This document shows positions 62,337 to 64,000 of a DNA stretch of 64,000 nucleotides, piece after piece (position 1 is the first letter of the stretch; each line of letters opens with the position of its first letter). Origin of the DNA: Bacteroidales bacterium (lineage in GTDB: Bacteria > Bacteroidota > Bacteroidia > Bacteroidales > UBA7960); contig SKVW01000059.1 in assembly GCA_007129255.1 (NCBI GenBank), positions 2,204 to 66,203 on the forward strand, written 5' to 3'. The notes below the pieces were generated by a model that was not told where the DNA came from, did not search any database, and saw only the letters and a list, made by a program, of their open reading frames with translations. A program made the translations under genes and the position numbers.

Positions 62337-62434
62337 AGCCCGGGACAGGGCTTGACCTGTCCTTTTATTGATTGCATCAATGAAAATACCGGGAATATTC
62401 CAGGCTGGTTTTGGAGATGCGCCGCAAAGCTTCC

Positions 62435-62968
62435 CTAAAAACCGGGCCATTCAAAATTAGAGTTTTCCAAAGCTGGTTCTTTCATATCAGAAGGTGTTTT
62501 TCTGTCAACGGGGTCAACCACATGCCACCTGGCAATCTGCGCATCATAAAACCTCGCACCGTAATTCCCGCAATAAGCGGGATAAACTCCCCAATTCAAA
62601 TCAAAATCATCCTGAAACTCTTTGTCGTTGTAAAGGTAGCGGTTGCTGCTGCTTTCTTCGGAAAGGCCTGCGATGCGCATGCCGAAGGGGTAATAGTGGC
62701 TGGTTTGGGTGAGAGTGTAAAAGTCGGGTTCCTCAGTAATGGTAACCCAAGTATTGCCAAGATGATCCCGCAGGTGAAACTCGTTGATCCATTCATCCCG
62801 GGTTAAAGAGCTTTCGATCATCCGCCCCTGGGGGGTATTGACCCATGCCAGCTCTCCGTTCACCATCACAAACGGCCCGTCATACCGGCGCAGGGTGCCC
62901 GAACGGCCCTCCTCCTCCAGCTGCTGGCTGAGCTTCTGTCCCGATGCGGTATAAGTGTAATGGATCAT
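62435..62968 (-). pseudogene. Orphan Rhs/YD-repeat C-terminal core fragment (no Rhs shell, no toxin domain)
   Basis: The 177-aa ORF holds the Rhs-associated core pattern: YTYTASGQKL, DHLGN, HYYPFGM, YLYNDKEF, LNW...YGARFYDAQIARWHVVDP. Only 24 aa follow before the stop. No upstream in-frame YD-repeat body exists (no long minus-strand ORF above 62968). Confidence 0.75.
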
Positions 62969-63162
62969 GTTGGTCTCCCTCCCCTGGGTTAGGGTGATTT
63001 GTGAGGGTAAATTTAAGAAATTGGGGGAATTGGAATGTAAAAAAATGAAATACGACTTTACAACTGCAATAGGATACTCCGGCTAAGCCGGTTTCTGCAG
63101 GCCAAAGAAGAAGCTTTAGTCAGCCAAACAGAAAAAACCCTGGAAAGCACGGGACCGGCCTT

Positions 63163-63277
63163 GAAAAAATCCTGGTAACAAAAGCAGTGAGCGAAGCGTA
63201 AAAAAATTTGCTGGACCGCACTTCGCGAGACCTTAAATTTTTTAGCGTAGCGAACGCCCTTTTGTCAGGATTTTTTC
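63163..63277. repeat. Long interrupted inverted repeat enclosing further A/T-rich and GC-rich pairings
   Basis: gaaaaaatcctg-gta-acaaaag (63163-63184) pairs with cttttgt-caggattttttc (63259-63277): 12+7 bp with a 3-nt bulge. The left arm is partly duplicated at 63131-63148 (gaaaaaaccctggaaagca). Confidence 0.8.
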
Positions 63278-63458
63278 GAAGCCTTGAGCTTTTGTTACTT
63301 TTGGGTCAAGCCAAAAGTAAAACAAATAAAAAAACTTTTTCTTCCACTTTTTTCATCGCCAAATTGGCAGGAGAAAAAAATCAATGATTTTTCGATCCAC
63401 TCTCCACCCTCCATCATCTATCCTCTTTCCATTAACTGCCAGGTTTTACCCTTTACCC

Positions 63459-63501
63459 AAAATAAAACAGCCTGTCCGCAATACATGCAAACAGGCTGTT
63501 T
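63459..63501 (-). terminator. Distal intrinsic terminator of the rRNA operon region
   Basis: aaacagcctgt (63465-63475) pairs with acaggctgttt (63491-63501), with a 15-nt loop. On the minus strand UAUUUU follows. Confidence 0.7.
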
Positions 63502-63525
63502 AAATAAAAATCAGGCGACGACATA
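63499..63525. repeat. 27-nt perfect direct repeat, copy A (pseudo-5S 3' tail plus flank)
   Basis: tttaaataaaaatcaggcgacgacata, identical to 63655-63681. Confidence 0.9.
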
Positions 63526-63624
63526 TCGTCTGAGTGTTTACTTTTGCTGAGAGTTATATTCGAAGCAAAAGTACTACAACGAAGAGATCCCGCATTATGC
63601 GGGACTCTCCCGGATTACTCCATT

Positions 63625-63654
63625 AAAAAAGCCCCTACCTGGTAAGGCAGAGGC
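63625..63654 (-). terminator. Proximal intrinsic terminator directly after 5S rRNA
   Basis: Minus-strand RNA reads GCCUCUGCCU-UACC-AGGUAGGGGC followed by U6. The 10-bp stem includes two G-U pairs and so forms only on the minus strand. Confidence 0.75.
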
Positions 63655-63667
63655 TTTAAATAAAAAT

Positions 63668-63778
<111 letters not shown>

Positions 63779-63854
63779 AGGTCTTCAATACATTAATTTG
63801 CCCTTTTTTGGGCAAATTGACATTAAACCGGGAAAATACACAAAAATTACTACA

Positions 63855-64000
63855 AAAGAAGTCTTTGGGTGATTAGTACTGCTCGGCTTTGATGTTACCA
63901 CCTTTACACCTGCAGCCTATCTACGTCATCGTCTTTAACGACCCTTTTAATGGAAGTCTCATCTTGAGGCGAGTTTCGTGCTTAGATGCTTTCAGCACTT
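63855..64000 (-). rRNA. rrl: 23S ribosomal RNA, 3'-terminal ~145 nt (continues beyond the window)
   Basis: The reverse complement contains AAGTGCTGAAAGCATCTAAGCACGAAACTCGCCTCAAGATGAGACTTCC and, near the end, GCAGTACTAATCACCC. These match the conserved 3' domain of bacterial 23S. The 3' end is estimated by analogy to E. coli (+/-10 nt). Confidence 0.9.

Noticed and set aside
62114-62806. ORFs 62114-62380 (-, 88 aa) and 62411-62806 (+, 131 aa)
   Set aside because: The first is a translation through the REP-like palindrome (…RDAPLRRVST…) and the porin upstream region. The second is antisense to the Rhs core fragment.
63284-63550. 88-aa + strand ORF downstream of the rRNA operon
   Set aside because: It runs through hairpins, a terminator and the pseudo-5S tail, and its sequence is low-complexity (…FCYFWVKPKVK…). 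It is not credible as a gene.
63797-63820. 9-bp hairpin aatttgccc-tttttt-gggcaaatt in the 23S-5S spacer
   Set aside because: It is most simply a processing stem of the rRNA precursor, which is ordinary for rRNA spacers.

Overview
This is a chromosomal segment with clear Bacteroidota character. Evidence: TAnnTTTG(C) promoter boxes, a T9SS-sorted exoprotein, a DUF4290-murA pair, and a str/S10/spc/alpha ribosomal super-operon without tuf or adk. About 19 kb (16.5-35.1 kb, minus strand) is the ribosomal-protein/secY/map/infA/rpoA cluster, including an rpmJ gene missing from the ORF track. The rest is housekeeping or ordinary accessory metabolism. In order: a partial EPS sugar transferase; clpX-clpP-tig; tRNA-Leu(UAG); a TPR sensor kinase; nrfHA cytochrome c nitrite reductase; a loose phosphate-scavenging neighbourhood (Na/Pi symporter, small OM barrel, GDPD lipoprotein, T9SS-sorted EEP phosphoesterase); eno; an S9-type hydrolase; a UvrD/PcrA helicase; DUF4290-murA; grpE-dnaJ; an ABC-2 transporter; crtI-idi; Ppx/GppA; a sigma-54 activator lacking a DNA-binding domain; an EreA/ChaN-like lipoprotein with a TonB-dependent receptor and a divergent beta-barrel gene; PFOR (nifJ); a large putative porin; an orphan Rhs core remnant; and the 3' end of an rRNA operon (partial 23S, then 5S). 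I saw no CRISPR array, transposase, integrase or phage genes. I did not find a convincing novel multi-gene system. The most unusual items are: (i) an L17 with a ~170-aa K/E/A/P-rich tail; (ii) a 150-nt structured spacer inside the normally tight rplP-rpmC junction; (iii) a GGAAG-rich repeat/hairpin field upstream of the str operon; (iv) the EreA/ChaN-like lipoprotein-TBDR-barrel neighbourhood; (v) a repeat- and palindrome-rich scar region (62.2-63.7 kb) holding the Rhs remnant, REP-like palindromes and a split pseudo-5S fragment bounded by a perfect 27-nt direct repeat. Non-CDS coordinates were counted by hand and may be off by a few nt. Family names are from motif recognition, not database searches.
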